Origin: Chamaesiphon sp. VAR_48_metabat_403
GTDB lineage: Bacteria > Cyanobacteriota > Cyanobacteriia > Cyanobacteriales > Chamaesiphonaceae
NCBI RefSeq assembly: GCF_031422475.1
Contig: NZ_JANPLS010000065.1
Span: 12,996-36,995 of the forward strand
Direction of reading: 5' to 3'
Length of the DNA stretch: 24,000 bases
Shown piece after piece: positions 15,642 through 22,676 of the stretch. The notes under the pieces were generated by a model. The model saw only the letters and a program-made list of their open reading frames with translations. It was not told the origin of the DNA and did not search any database. Every line of letters starts with the position of its first letter. The stretch's first letter is position 1. Position numbers and translations under genes: made by a program.

Positions 15642-15729
15642 GCGAAGATCTACCCACCCCGCCCTAATTCCTTCGGAAAGGCTTCGCCAACGGGCACCCC
15701 TCCTCGGAGGGGATTTTCCCGATCCTTAC
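15642..15729 (-). repeat. GC-rich double-hairpin core element, copy B (inverted relative to A and C, with a longer central module)
   Basis: Sequence gcgaagatctacccaccccgccc[taattccttcggaaaggcttcgccaa]cgggcacccctcctcggaggggattttcccgatccttac. The outer 28 nt and about 33 nt are near-identical to the reverse complement of copy C. The copy ends 6 nt before the stop codon of the TPR gene. Confidence 0.85.
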
Positions 15730-15735
15730 TCTCCT

Positions 15736-17016
15736 CTACAATCCTTGTTCCAAATTAGCAATTACTCGTTCGAGATACCAGTCTTCAGGATAGCCGGGAT
15801 GCTCCTCTTTGAGTCGATCGATCAGGCGTTGAGCGATGCCCCAGTGTCCGCTGACGAGGGTGAATAGACGTTGACGGAGTGGTTCGTTGCCATCGTTGGG
15901 AGTCGATGATGGAGCGGGGGTTTGAGGGCTAGAACGTTGGAGCTTTTGTAAATGTGCGAGCGTTTCGCGATATTTGGGTAAATCTTGACGTTCTAAATAA
16001 ATATTTGCCGCCATCTGATAATCGGCGATCGCGCGATTTAATTCTTCAATTTTAGTAGCTGTTTGCGCTCGATAAATATAAGCAGTAGGTTCTTGCCGAT
16101 CGATCGAAATTGCTTGGGTGAAATCGGCGATCGCGGCGGTATAATCGTGTAAATTGACTCTTGAATTTCCCCGTGCTAAATAGATAAATAGATCGCGATC
16201 GTCGATCGCTAGCGCGCGATCGAAGTCTAAAATTGCCCCTCGATAATCTCCCAATCGATCGCGTAATTTTCCTCGGCTGCGATAAGCAACATGCGATGTC
16301 GGATCGAGTTGGATAGCTTGACTGAAGTCGGCTAGTGCTGCGGTGAAATCGCCTTTTTTGAGATATAATACCCCCCGGCAATTATAAGCACGTACATCGT
16401 TAGAGTTAGTTTGTACCGCCCAATTAGCATTATCGATCGCCCCTGTAAAATCGCCGCGTTCGCCTTGTTCTAATAAGTTAGTATAGAATTGCTCGGTGGT
16501 AATTAGGGGCGCGAGCACGATCGGTTTTGAGACTGGAGGATCGATCTGTTTGGGTTGTAAAGATTGCGCCAATTCAAAACATTGCCGACTGCGATCGGGG
16601 TTTTGTTGGGCTAAATATAAATTAGCAGCAGTTTTATATGCCGATATTGCTTGAGGATATTGGGCGAGTTTTTTAAAGATTAGTCCTTTCAGTTGATATG
16701 CTGGTGCATAATCTCGCCCGAAGAGAATCGCTCGATCGATATCTTCCATCGCCCCCGGAAAATTCTTGAGCGTCAATCTCGCTAAAGCACGAGCATAAGA
16801 ACAATCTCGGTGATGAGAATCGATCGCCAGTGCCTGCGTATACTCCGACACCGCCGTCAAAATTTCACCCAAGTCAAAATAAGCCAAACCTCGGCGATAG
16901 TAAACTTCCGCCCATTCTGGCGTAGCAATTGCCGCCAAATCGAAATCTTCGATCGCGCCACGATTGTCGCCAGCCTTGGCTTTAGCTAAACCCCGTTCGT
17001 AGTATTCTTTTGCCAT
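15736..17016 (-). CDS. Tetratricopeptide (TPR) repeat protein
   Basis: Repeated 34-aa TPR units occur throughout (e.g. AEVYYRRGLAYFDLGEILTAVSEYTQALAIDSHH and VRAYNCRGVLYLKKGDFTAALADFSQAIQLDPTS). A Pro/Ser-rich linker and a short C-terminal helical domain follow. Confidence 0.85.
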   Translation of the reverse strand: MAKEYYERGLAKAKAGDNRGAIEDFDLAAIATPEWAEVYYRRGLAYFDLGEILTAVSEYTQALAIDSHHRDCSYARALARLTLKNFPGAMEDIDRAILFGRDYAPAYQLKGLIFKKLAQYPQAISAYKTAANLYLAQQNPDRSRQCFELAQSLQPKQIDPPVSKPIVLAPLITTEQFYTNLLEQGERGDFTGAIDNANWAVQTNSNDVRAYNCRGVLYLKKGDFTAALADFSQAIQLDPTSHVAYRSRGKLRDRLGDYRGAILDFDRALAIDDRDLFIYLARGNSRVNLHDYTAAIADFTQAISIDRQEPTAYIYRAQTATKIEELNRAIADYQMAANIYLERQDLPKYRETLAHLQKLQRSSPQTPAPSSTPNDGNEPLRQRLFTLVSGHWGIAQRLIDRLKEEHPGYPEDWYLERVIANLEQGL

Positions 17017-17028
17017 AATTTAGGATTG

Positions 17029-17076
17029 GAGCGGGGAGGGGGAGACGGGGAGACGGGGGGACGGGGAGACGGGGAT
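17029..17076. repeat. Octamer tandem array (ACGGGGAG-type, 6 units)
   Basis: The units read gagcgggg agggggag acggggag acgggggg acggggag acggggat. The array lies 12 nt upstream (on the gene strand) of the TPR start codon at 17016. Confidence 0.9.
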
Positions 17077-17141
17077 TAAGGATCGGGAAAATCCCCTCCC
17101 AGGAGGGGTGGCGCGTAGCGACGGGGTGGGTAGATCTTCGC
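17077..17141 (+). repeat. GC-rich double-hairpin core element, copy C
   Basis: Sequence ttaaggatcgggaaaatcccctcccaggaggggtggcgcgtagcgacggggtgggtagatcttcgc. It has the same orientation and position relative to its downstream gene as copy A. Confidence 0.85.
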
Positions 17142-17204
17142 TAAAACCTAACACCCAACACCCAACACCCAACACCCAACACCTAAAACCTAAAACCTAA
17201 ATCA
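17142..17204. repeat. Heptamer tandem array TAAAACC / CAACACC (9 units)
   Basis: The units read taaaacc taacacc caacacc x4 taaaacc x2 taaatca. The last unit contains the stop codon (TCA at 17202-17204 on the plus strand) of the 17202-17816 gene. taaaacc is the reverse complement of the ggtttta next to copy B. Confidence 0.9.
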
Positions 17205-17816
17205 CTTCACTTCCCCATCGAATAGACTCATCCACAGTCGTTGCGTACCGAGAGTACCCGTGCAGAATAGCAACTTGCTCAAGAGGGAAACAGCTAACTC
17301 ATTTAACTTATCGTCGTCTTGATAGATGCTTACCTTCGCGCGGCGGGGGTTCATTCTGCTGCGAAAATGGGCGCGGAAGCGGTCTAAATATTCCGAAAGG
17401 CGAAAATTGTACTCAGGGGGAATTTGCTTCTCACTGAGCTGCTGCTGGGCTTGTAATAGCTGACGAATCGGCACCGCCAGACGGCTGGCTAACCTACAGC
17501 CGATCGCACTTAAAGCTTTAGCTTCTTTGAGCGACAAAATCCGCCGCGTGTGAGCGCGCCGCATCGGATTGGTAGAGCGCATCCGCCAGAGGACGATCCG
17601 ATTTTTGATAATCTCTTGGAGGTTTAATTCTTTGGCAAGTTCGAGAATTTGTTCGGAACTACTCGATTCGATCGCTTCGATCGCTAGTAAAATCAGATCG
17701 AGTTCGACTTTAGTGCGGCGCGGACAAGCCTCGCCATCGATGCCAGGATTGGGAAGACTTTCAATTATTCCCAGCAGCGACTCGGACATGGGGCCATTGA
17801 TCGGTGATGCAATCAT
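17202..17816 (-). CDS. Conserved hypothetical protein (possibly the cyanobacterial DUF3038 family)
   Basis: A 204-aa ORF with no competing frame, helical and Arg-rich (LWRMRSTNPMRRAHTRR). The DUF3038 assignment is from memory of size and taxonomic restriction only. The start could be the internal Met 9 codons downstream. Confidence 0.55.
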   Translation of the reverse strand: MIASPINGPMSESLLGIIESLPNPGIDGEACPRRTKVELDLILLAIEAIESSSSEQILELAKELNLQEIIKNRIVLWRMRSTNPMRRAHTRRILSLKEAKALSAIGCRLASRLAVPIRQLLQAQQQLSEKQIPPEYNFRLSEYLDRFRAHFRSRMNPRRAKVSIYQDDDKLNELAVSLLSKLLFCTGTLGTQRLWMSLFDGEVK

Positions 17817-18143
17817 ATATCAGAAAATCGATCGAGTAATTTATAGATGCGGCATAAATCGTCTACAGATTTAGACCCAATTCCGGGGTAAAATTGTTGC
17901 GATCGACATTAACGGCGCGGCAGTTGCCAGGACGATCGCTAACATCTACTCCACACCAGAATACCCGAATTTCAGACATTAACTACAATTCTAGCCGCCT
18001 CAAAACCGGAATTAGATCTAGTTTATTGACGTTTTATGTAGCAAGGCAATCGATCGCCGATCGACGTTGGTTCTAGACTGTTGTCAAAATAGTTACCCTA
18101 CCTATCGACTCTCGATCGACATTCAATTCATCTCGCCAAATAT

Positions 18144-18656
18144 ATGGATCTTAAAACTCTCATTCGCGACATTCCCGACTTTCCCAAACCAGGGATCTTA
18201 TTTCGCGATATTACCACCCTACTGCGCGATCCCGCCGGGTTAAAATACTCGATCGATACCCTCGCCGATAAGGTTGTAGACTTGCAGCCGCAATATATTG
18301 TCGGGATGGAGTCGCGGGGGTTTATTTTTGGAGCTGCACTAGCATTTCAAATGGGGATTGGCTTCATTCCCGTGCGGAAACCCGGAAAATTACCCGCAGC
18401 AGTAAGATCGATCGATTACGCTCTCGAATATGGTACCGATCGTCTAGAAATCCACGCTGATGCCTTCGCACCTGGAAACCGGATCTTAATTGTTGACGAC
18501 TTAATTGCCACAGGCGGTACAGCCGCAGCTACAGCTAAACTATTACAAGAACTTGGCGGCGAATTAGTCGGCTGCGCCTTCGTCATCGAACTAGACGCTC
18601 TCAACGGTCGATCGCATTTACCCAACGTCCCAATTATCTCACTAGTTCATTACTAA
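18144..18656 (+). CDS. apt: Adenine phosphoribosyltransferase
   Basis: [27 protein letters not shown] and the PRPP-binding loop [14 protein letters not shown] are diagnostic. Size is 170 aa. Confidence 0.93.
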   Translation: MDLKTLIRDIPDFPKPGILFRDITTLLRDPAGLKYSIDTLADKVVDLQPQYIVGMESRGFIFGAALAFQMGIGFIPVRKPGKLPAAVRSIDYALEYGTDRLEIHADAFAPGNRILIVDDLIATGGTAAATAKLLQELGGELVGCAFVIELDALNGRSHLPNVPIISLVHY

Positions 18657-18682
18657 ACTCACATCTCCAAACTCCCATCTCT
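18655..18682. repeat. Tandem 14-mer (two heptamer pairs), reverse-complement family of the GGGAGAT/GGGAGTT array
   Basis: The units are aaactcacatctcc and aaactcccatctct. The repeat overlaps the apt stop codon by 2 nt. Compare the reverse complement of 10274-10294, atctcccaactcccatctccc. Confidence 0.7.
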
Positions 18683-18761
18683 CAACGGGTACGGATACCC
18701 CTAGACCGTTAGCCCCTAGATTGGGTAATAATAGAAAGAATCGATATATATTGGCATAGCT

Positions 18762-19373
18762 ATGATACCTACCGTCATCGAACAATCTGGCAGAGGCGAA
18801 CGCGCCTTTGATATCTATTCTCGGCTATTGCGCGATCGCATTATCTTTTTGGGCGACCAAGTAACCTCAGATTTAGCCAACCTGATCGTGGCGCAACTAT
18901 TATTTTTGGAAGCAGAAGATCCCGAAAAAGATATCTACGTATATATCAATTCCCCTGGCGGTTCGGTTTCCGCAGGGATGGGCATCTTCGACACGATGAA
19001 CCAAATTCGCCCCGATGTTTGCACCGTTTGTATGGGTTTTGCAGCTAGTATGGGTGCATTCTTGCTCAGTGCTGGAGCCAAAGGTAAACGGATGAGTCTC
19101 CCCAGTTCGCGGATTATGATTCACCAGCCTTTAGGCGGCGCACAGGGACAAGCGACAGACATCGCTATCCAAGCTAAGGAAATTCTCTACATTAAAGGTA
19201 AGTTAAACGATCTCTTGGCAGATCATACCGGACAACCCCTCGAAAAAATCCAAGAAGATACCGATCGCGATTTCTATATGTCTGCTGTCGAAGCCAAAGA
19301 ATATGGTTTAATCGACACGGTAATCGATCGACGCGTCAGTGCTTCAAATCCACCGCTGGCTTTAGTTCAGTAA
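18762..19373 (+). CDS. clpP: ATP-dependent Clp protease proteolytic subunit
   Basis: [30 protein letters not shown]. The catalytic Ser context is [11 protein letters not shown] and the His context is IMIHQPLGG. No clpX or clpR lies adjacent. Confidence 0.95.
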   Translation: MIPTVIEQSGRGERAFDIYSRLLRDRIIFLGDQVTSDLANLIVAQLLFLEAEDPEKDIYVYINSPGGSVSAGMGIFDTMNQIRPDVCTVCMGFAASMGAFLLSAGAKGKRMSLPSSRIMIHQPLGGAQGQATDIAIQAKEILYIKGKLNDLLADHTGQPLEKIQEDTDRDFYMSAVEAKEYGLIDTVIDRRVSASNPPLALVQ

Positions 19374-19415
19374 GTGAAGTACCGATCTGTGTAGTTTCAG
19401 TAGAGACAGCGCAAC

Positions 19416-19455
19416 CAGTTAGTAGGGGCAATTCATGAATTGCCCCTACTAACTG
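19416..19455. terminator. Perfect 40-nt palindrome between convergent clpP and the PEP-CTERM gene (bidirectional terminator candidate)
   Basis: cagttagtaggggcaattcat|gaattgcccctactaactg pairs perfectly at every position 19416-19455, checked base by base. There is no U-tract on either side. Confidence 0.55.
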
Positions 19456-19516
19456 ATTCTGTAATAATTAAGGGGTCTAAAGATCGCCAAAATCGAATCG
19501 AAGTCGCTCTTTATCT

Positions 19517-20158
19517 CTAAACGATATCTTTGTTATCTTTTTGAGTTTTGGCTAGCTTCCGTTTGAACGCAGCCGCAAATCCCGCAGCAGTAATCGTCCC
19601 CAACATTGTAAATGGTTCGGGAATTTCTGTAGCATTAGTAGGCGTGACATTGATATTGTCAAATTGATGGAATGGTGCATCCTGATTCCAATCAACAGAC
19701 ACTAAGTTAGTGAAGTTAGAAAAGTTAAAAGTTTGGAAACCTCGCAATGCATCTGTTGTAAAAGCTTGAGTAATAGTGCTGTTGTCAGTCCTCAAACCTG
19801 TAAATGAGACAGTAACATTTTTATAAGTCTCATCAATGCCATCACCATTAAGATCGGTTAGGTCGATCGATGTTAGTGTGAACGAGCCATTGCCTACTTG
19901 AGCTAGACTAATAGTAGGAGTGAAAGTTGAAGCAGCAAAAAGAGCTGTCGATCCTTGGTAGCGACGATCCAGAGTACCAAAATAGCTGATTCGTGGATTA
20001 CTAATTATAAAACCATTTTCTGTATAGGGACTGTTGACTCCAGGAGTACTCATACCAACCACTTCTAAACTTTGGAAATCAAGAATGACGGCTTGAGCGG
20101 GAGCGGCGGCAAATAGCGACAAAGCCGAAAATCCAGTCAGGGCAATAGCTTTAGCCAT
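19517..20158 (-). CDS. PEP-CTERM sorting-domain protein (secreted or cell-surface)
   Basis: N-terminal signal peptide MAKAIALTGFSALSLFAAAPAQA. The C-terminus is IPEPFTMLGTITAAGFAAAFKRKLAK, i.e. a PEP motif, a TM helix and a basic tail. Confidence 0.85.
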   Translation of the reverse strand: MAKAIALTGFSALSLFAAAPAQAVILDFQSLEVVGMSTPGVNSPYTENGFIISNPRISYFGTLDRRYQGSTALFAASTFTPTISLAQVGNGSFTLTSIDLTDLNGDGIDETYKNVTVSFTGLRTDNSTITQAFTTDALRGFQTFNFSNFTNLVSVDWNQDAPFHQFDNINVTPTNATEIPEPFTMLGTITAAGFAAAFKRKLAKTQKDNKDIV

Positions 20159-20453
20159 TGTGGGGGGGTAGGTCGTTTCATTGTTTGTTCGGGGTATATG
20201 TATAAATTGCGACTAAATTGAAATGTAGTCAGAGTGGGTCAGATGTTTTTGCTAACACATTATCCAAAGTTAATAGACTTGTAGTGTTATGAATATAATA
20301 TACTCAAGTAGCCTCAAATTTCAATATGTTGGCTCTAAATATTCCATACTTTGATGCTTTTATCCAAATGGTGCAAGGCAATGCTGTCAGCCCGATCTCC
20401 ATTCACGCCAAACCCAACCGCAGCATACTAATATCCGATCGCACGTACAATCT

Positions 20454-20960
20454 TTAATTACTAATCTTGAGTAATTCAACATCGAAAATTAGCGTCGCAT
20501 TCGGTGGAATTACGCCACCAGCACCTGCCGCACCATAACCTAATTTTGGCGGAATAGTTAACTTACGTCTCTCGCCAACTTTCATCGTACTTAATGCTTC
20601 ATCCCATCCGGGAATTACTTGTCCTTGACCGACTATAAAGCTAAACGGTTGACCTTTATCGCGAGAACTGTCAAACTTTTTACCATTGGTGAGGGTACCA
20701 GTGTAGTGAACCACTACCGTTTGCCCTGGTTTTGGGGTAGCTCCTTTACCTGCTTTAAGAACAGTATATTTTAAGCCAGAAGGAGTAGTAGTTATTTTGG
20801 CACCTTTATTTACTGCCAATAATCCGATATTTTGGATGGGTTGTTGCTGCGCTATGTTAGCAACTGCGATCGCCGCTGTGCTATTAATAGTAAATTGCCA
20901 GCACGAACCTAAAACCCCAGTAGCAAGCATCCCGATCGAACCAATTAAATTTTTTCGCAT
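20454..20960 (-). CDS. FKBP-type peptidyl-prolyl cis-trans isomerase with N-terminal export signal
   Basis: GQTVVVHYTGTLTNGKKFDSSRDKGQPFSFIVGQGQVIPGWDEALSTMKVGERRKLTIPPKLGYG...ATLIFDVELLKI is a canonical FKBP_C domain. The N-terminus is hydrophobic. Confidence 0.92.
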   Translation of the reverse strand: MRKNLIGSIGMLATGVLGSCWQFTINSTAAIAVANIAQQQPIQNIGLLAVNKGAKITTTPSGLKYTVLKAGKGATPKPGQTVVVHYTGTLTNGKKFDSSRDKGQPFSFIVGQGQVIPGWDEALSTMKVGERRKLTIPPKLGYGAAGAGGVIPPNATLIFDVELLKISN

Positions 20961-21040
20961 TAGTACACCTCAATTTCTAGTTGTCTACCATACCATAAAT
21001 TAATCTCAGTCAACATTTATCGTCAAATAAACGATCGATC

Positions 21041-22207
21041 TTAACTGCTGACTGCTGTTAAATAGTCTGGTAATTGAGTGGTTTCATCGCAAATAGCTTG
21101 ACTGAGTTGTTGGCGAGTAAGTCCGACAACTTTACGCAAGTCGGCATTGATTAAATTGGTTTGCTGGAGATTGGCACCTTTAAGATTTGAGCCTTCGAGA
21201 TTGGCTTGCTCTAGATTTGCCTCGCTGAGATTGGCTCCTTCGAGATTGGCTTTCCACAGATAGGCACCTTCGAGATCGGCTTGCCACAAACTGGCATCGC
21301 TGAGATTGGCTCTGCCTAATGATGCGCCTGCTAATTTAGCTTGCCACAGTTGCGCTTGGCGGAAATTTACTTTCCACAGATCTGCACCCCATAATTCGAT
21401 GCCACTTAATTCGGCATCGCGAAGATTGCTTTCGCGCAGTTCGATAATTCGATCGGGTCGATCTTTACTGACATCTCGACGGTTTAAAATAGTCATTACC
21501 GCTTGAATATCTGTGGAAATTCGGGAGGATGGGGACGATTTGCGGCTGGGTTTTGAATCGGGTACGTCGCCGATTTTCGGTGGTGGTTCTAGTATTCGGA
21601 GCGTCGGGGGCATCTCAATTTTAACAGATCGTTCGCGCACGAACGCGGTGAGGACTTCGATCGTCAGCCAATATTCGGCGGTGGAGTCTTGCGCTAGGCG
21701 TTCGAGGGTATAAATACCACCGAGCCGAATTTCGATTTTATCGCTGGCTAAATGGGAAATTGCCTGACTGAACCTGTCGGTGTAGAGTCGATCGTTGGTA
21801 CTCTGAAATTGTGCGTCAGTGCGTCGTAAATACTTCCAGCCAGCGTGTGTTAGCCCGCCGATGATAATTGCGCCAGCACCCTGAAATAAGAGGTTGTAGA
21901 CCCCATTTTGAGCGTTAATGCGATCCCCTTCAAGGATAATTAGCTCTTTTTGCAGGGCAATTCGATCGATGGAAGTCAGGCTGCGAGGGGGGATTTTGTC
22001 AATATCTTGTTGCAATTGACGAATTTGTTCGTTGAGGTGTCTGAGACTGGTTTGTTGAAAAAACCAAATTCCAGCGATAAACAAACTACTGACAATGACT
22101 GCTAATGGTAACCGCAAACTTCTCGATGCGATCGCATCTGAGGTATCGTCTTGAAACGAGCTACTCGCCCGATCCGACATTAATCGAGATCGATTCATAA
22201 AATTCAC
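21041..22207 (-). CDS. Membrane-anchored pentapeptide-repeat protein
   Basis: The C-terminal ~130 aa consist of A(D/N)LxX pentapeptides (ANLEGANLSEANLEQANLEGSNLKGANLQQTNLINADL). Two hydrophobic helices (LPLAVIVSSLFIAGIWFF and GAGAIIIGGLTHAGW) flank a coiled-coil-like segment. Confidence 0.85.
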   Translation of the reverse strand: MNFMNRSRLMSDRASSSFQDDTSDAIASRSLRLPLAVIVSSLFIAGIWFFQQTSLRHLNEQIRQLQQDIDKIPPRSLTSIDRIALQKELIILEGDRINAQNGVYNLLFQGAGAIIIGGLTHAGWKYLRRTDAQFQSTNDRLYTDRFSQAISHLASDKIEIRLGGIYTLERLAQDSTAEYWLTIEVLTAFVRERSVKIEMPPTLRILEPPPKIGDVPDSKPSRKSSPSSRISTDIQAVMTILNRRDVSKDRPDRIIELRESNLRDAELSGIELWGADLWKVNFRQAQLWQAKLAGASLGRANLSDASLWQADLEGAYLWKANLEGANLSEANLEQANLEGSNLKGANLQQTNLINADLRKVVGLTRQQLSQAICDETTQLPDYLTAVSS

Positions 22208-22451
22208 CTGCTAATATGCCCCAGAAGCTGCAATGATGGGAATCTCATGGGGTTTTGCTAGAGAAACTATCCTAGTGGATTTTAAATTAATGTTGGTGGG
22301 TAGATTTTCATTGCATTATATCCTACCCGAAACTGCTGGCGATCGACAATTAATTTTGAGACTCGATCTCGCTCGGTAGCAATCCGATCGTTGTTAGCAT
22401 TATCTTTGAGATACACTTGTTCGATATATCCATCCATTAAATATCCCGATC

Positions 22452-22676
22452 GTGCTAACAACATTTACAGTTCCAGACATGGCTTGCGGTGCTTGCGGTG
22501 ACAAAATCAGTCAAGCAATTAGCTCGCTCGATCCGCAAGCAATAATTATTGCCAATTCTCAAACTAAATTAGTCCAAATCGAGAGCGAGTTACCAGTTGT
22601 AAATCTTGAAACTGCGATTGTCGATGCGGGATATACTGTTAATAAGCAACCGATCATAACTGATTTCTCGATTTAA
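22452..22676 (+). CDS. Heavy-metal-associated (HMA) domain protein, CopZ-like metallochaperone
   Basis: TTFTVPDMACGACGDKISQAI carries the MxCxxC metal-binding loop at the expected beta1-alpha1 position. Length is 74 aa. The GTG start is inferred. Confidence 0.7.
   Translation: MLTTFTVPDMACGACGDKISQAISSLDPQAIIIANSQTKLVQIESELPVVNLETAIVDAGYTVNKQPIITDFSI

Noticed and set aside
16052-16381. A 109-aa ORF in another frame of the TPR gene
   Set aside because: It is Arg/Ser-rich and driven by CGATCG repeats, and lies wholly inside a well-supported TPR reading frame.
7875-17204. Tandem arrays interpreted as CRISPR arrays
   Set aside because: The period is only 7-8 nt (14 nt for one 2-unit repeat at 18655-18682) with no unique spacers, and there are no cas genes. 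These are STRR-like microsatellite arrays.
17569-18076. ORFs 17569-17874(+) and 17894-18076(+)
   Set aside because: The first is antisense to the 17202-17816 gene. The second sits in the spacer, starts with TTG, has no motif and has a Ser/Arg/Thr-biased composition. Neither has an RBS-like sequence.
18416-21713. ORFs 18416-18625(-), 18900-19124(-), 20797-21003(+), 21306-21506(+) and 21513-21713(+)
   Set aside because: They are antisense or shadow ORFs within apt, clpP, the FKBP gene and the pentapeptide-repeat gene.
22282-22464. A 60-aa minus-strand ORF overlapping the 5' end of the HMA gene
   Set aside because: It has no recognisable motif, and its start would lie inside the HMA coding region (13-nt head-to-head overlap). 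A shorter version from the internal Met is possible but unsupported.
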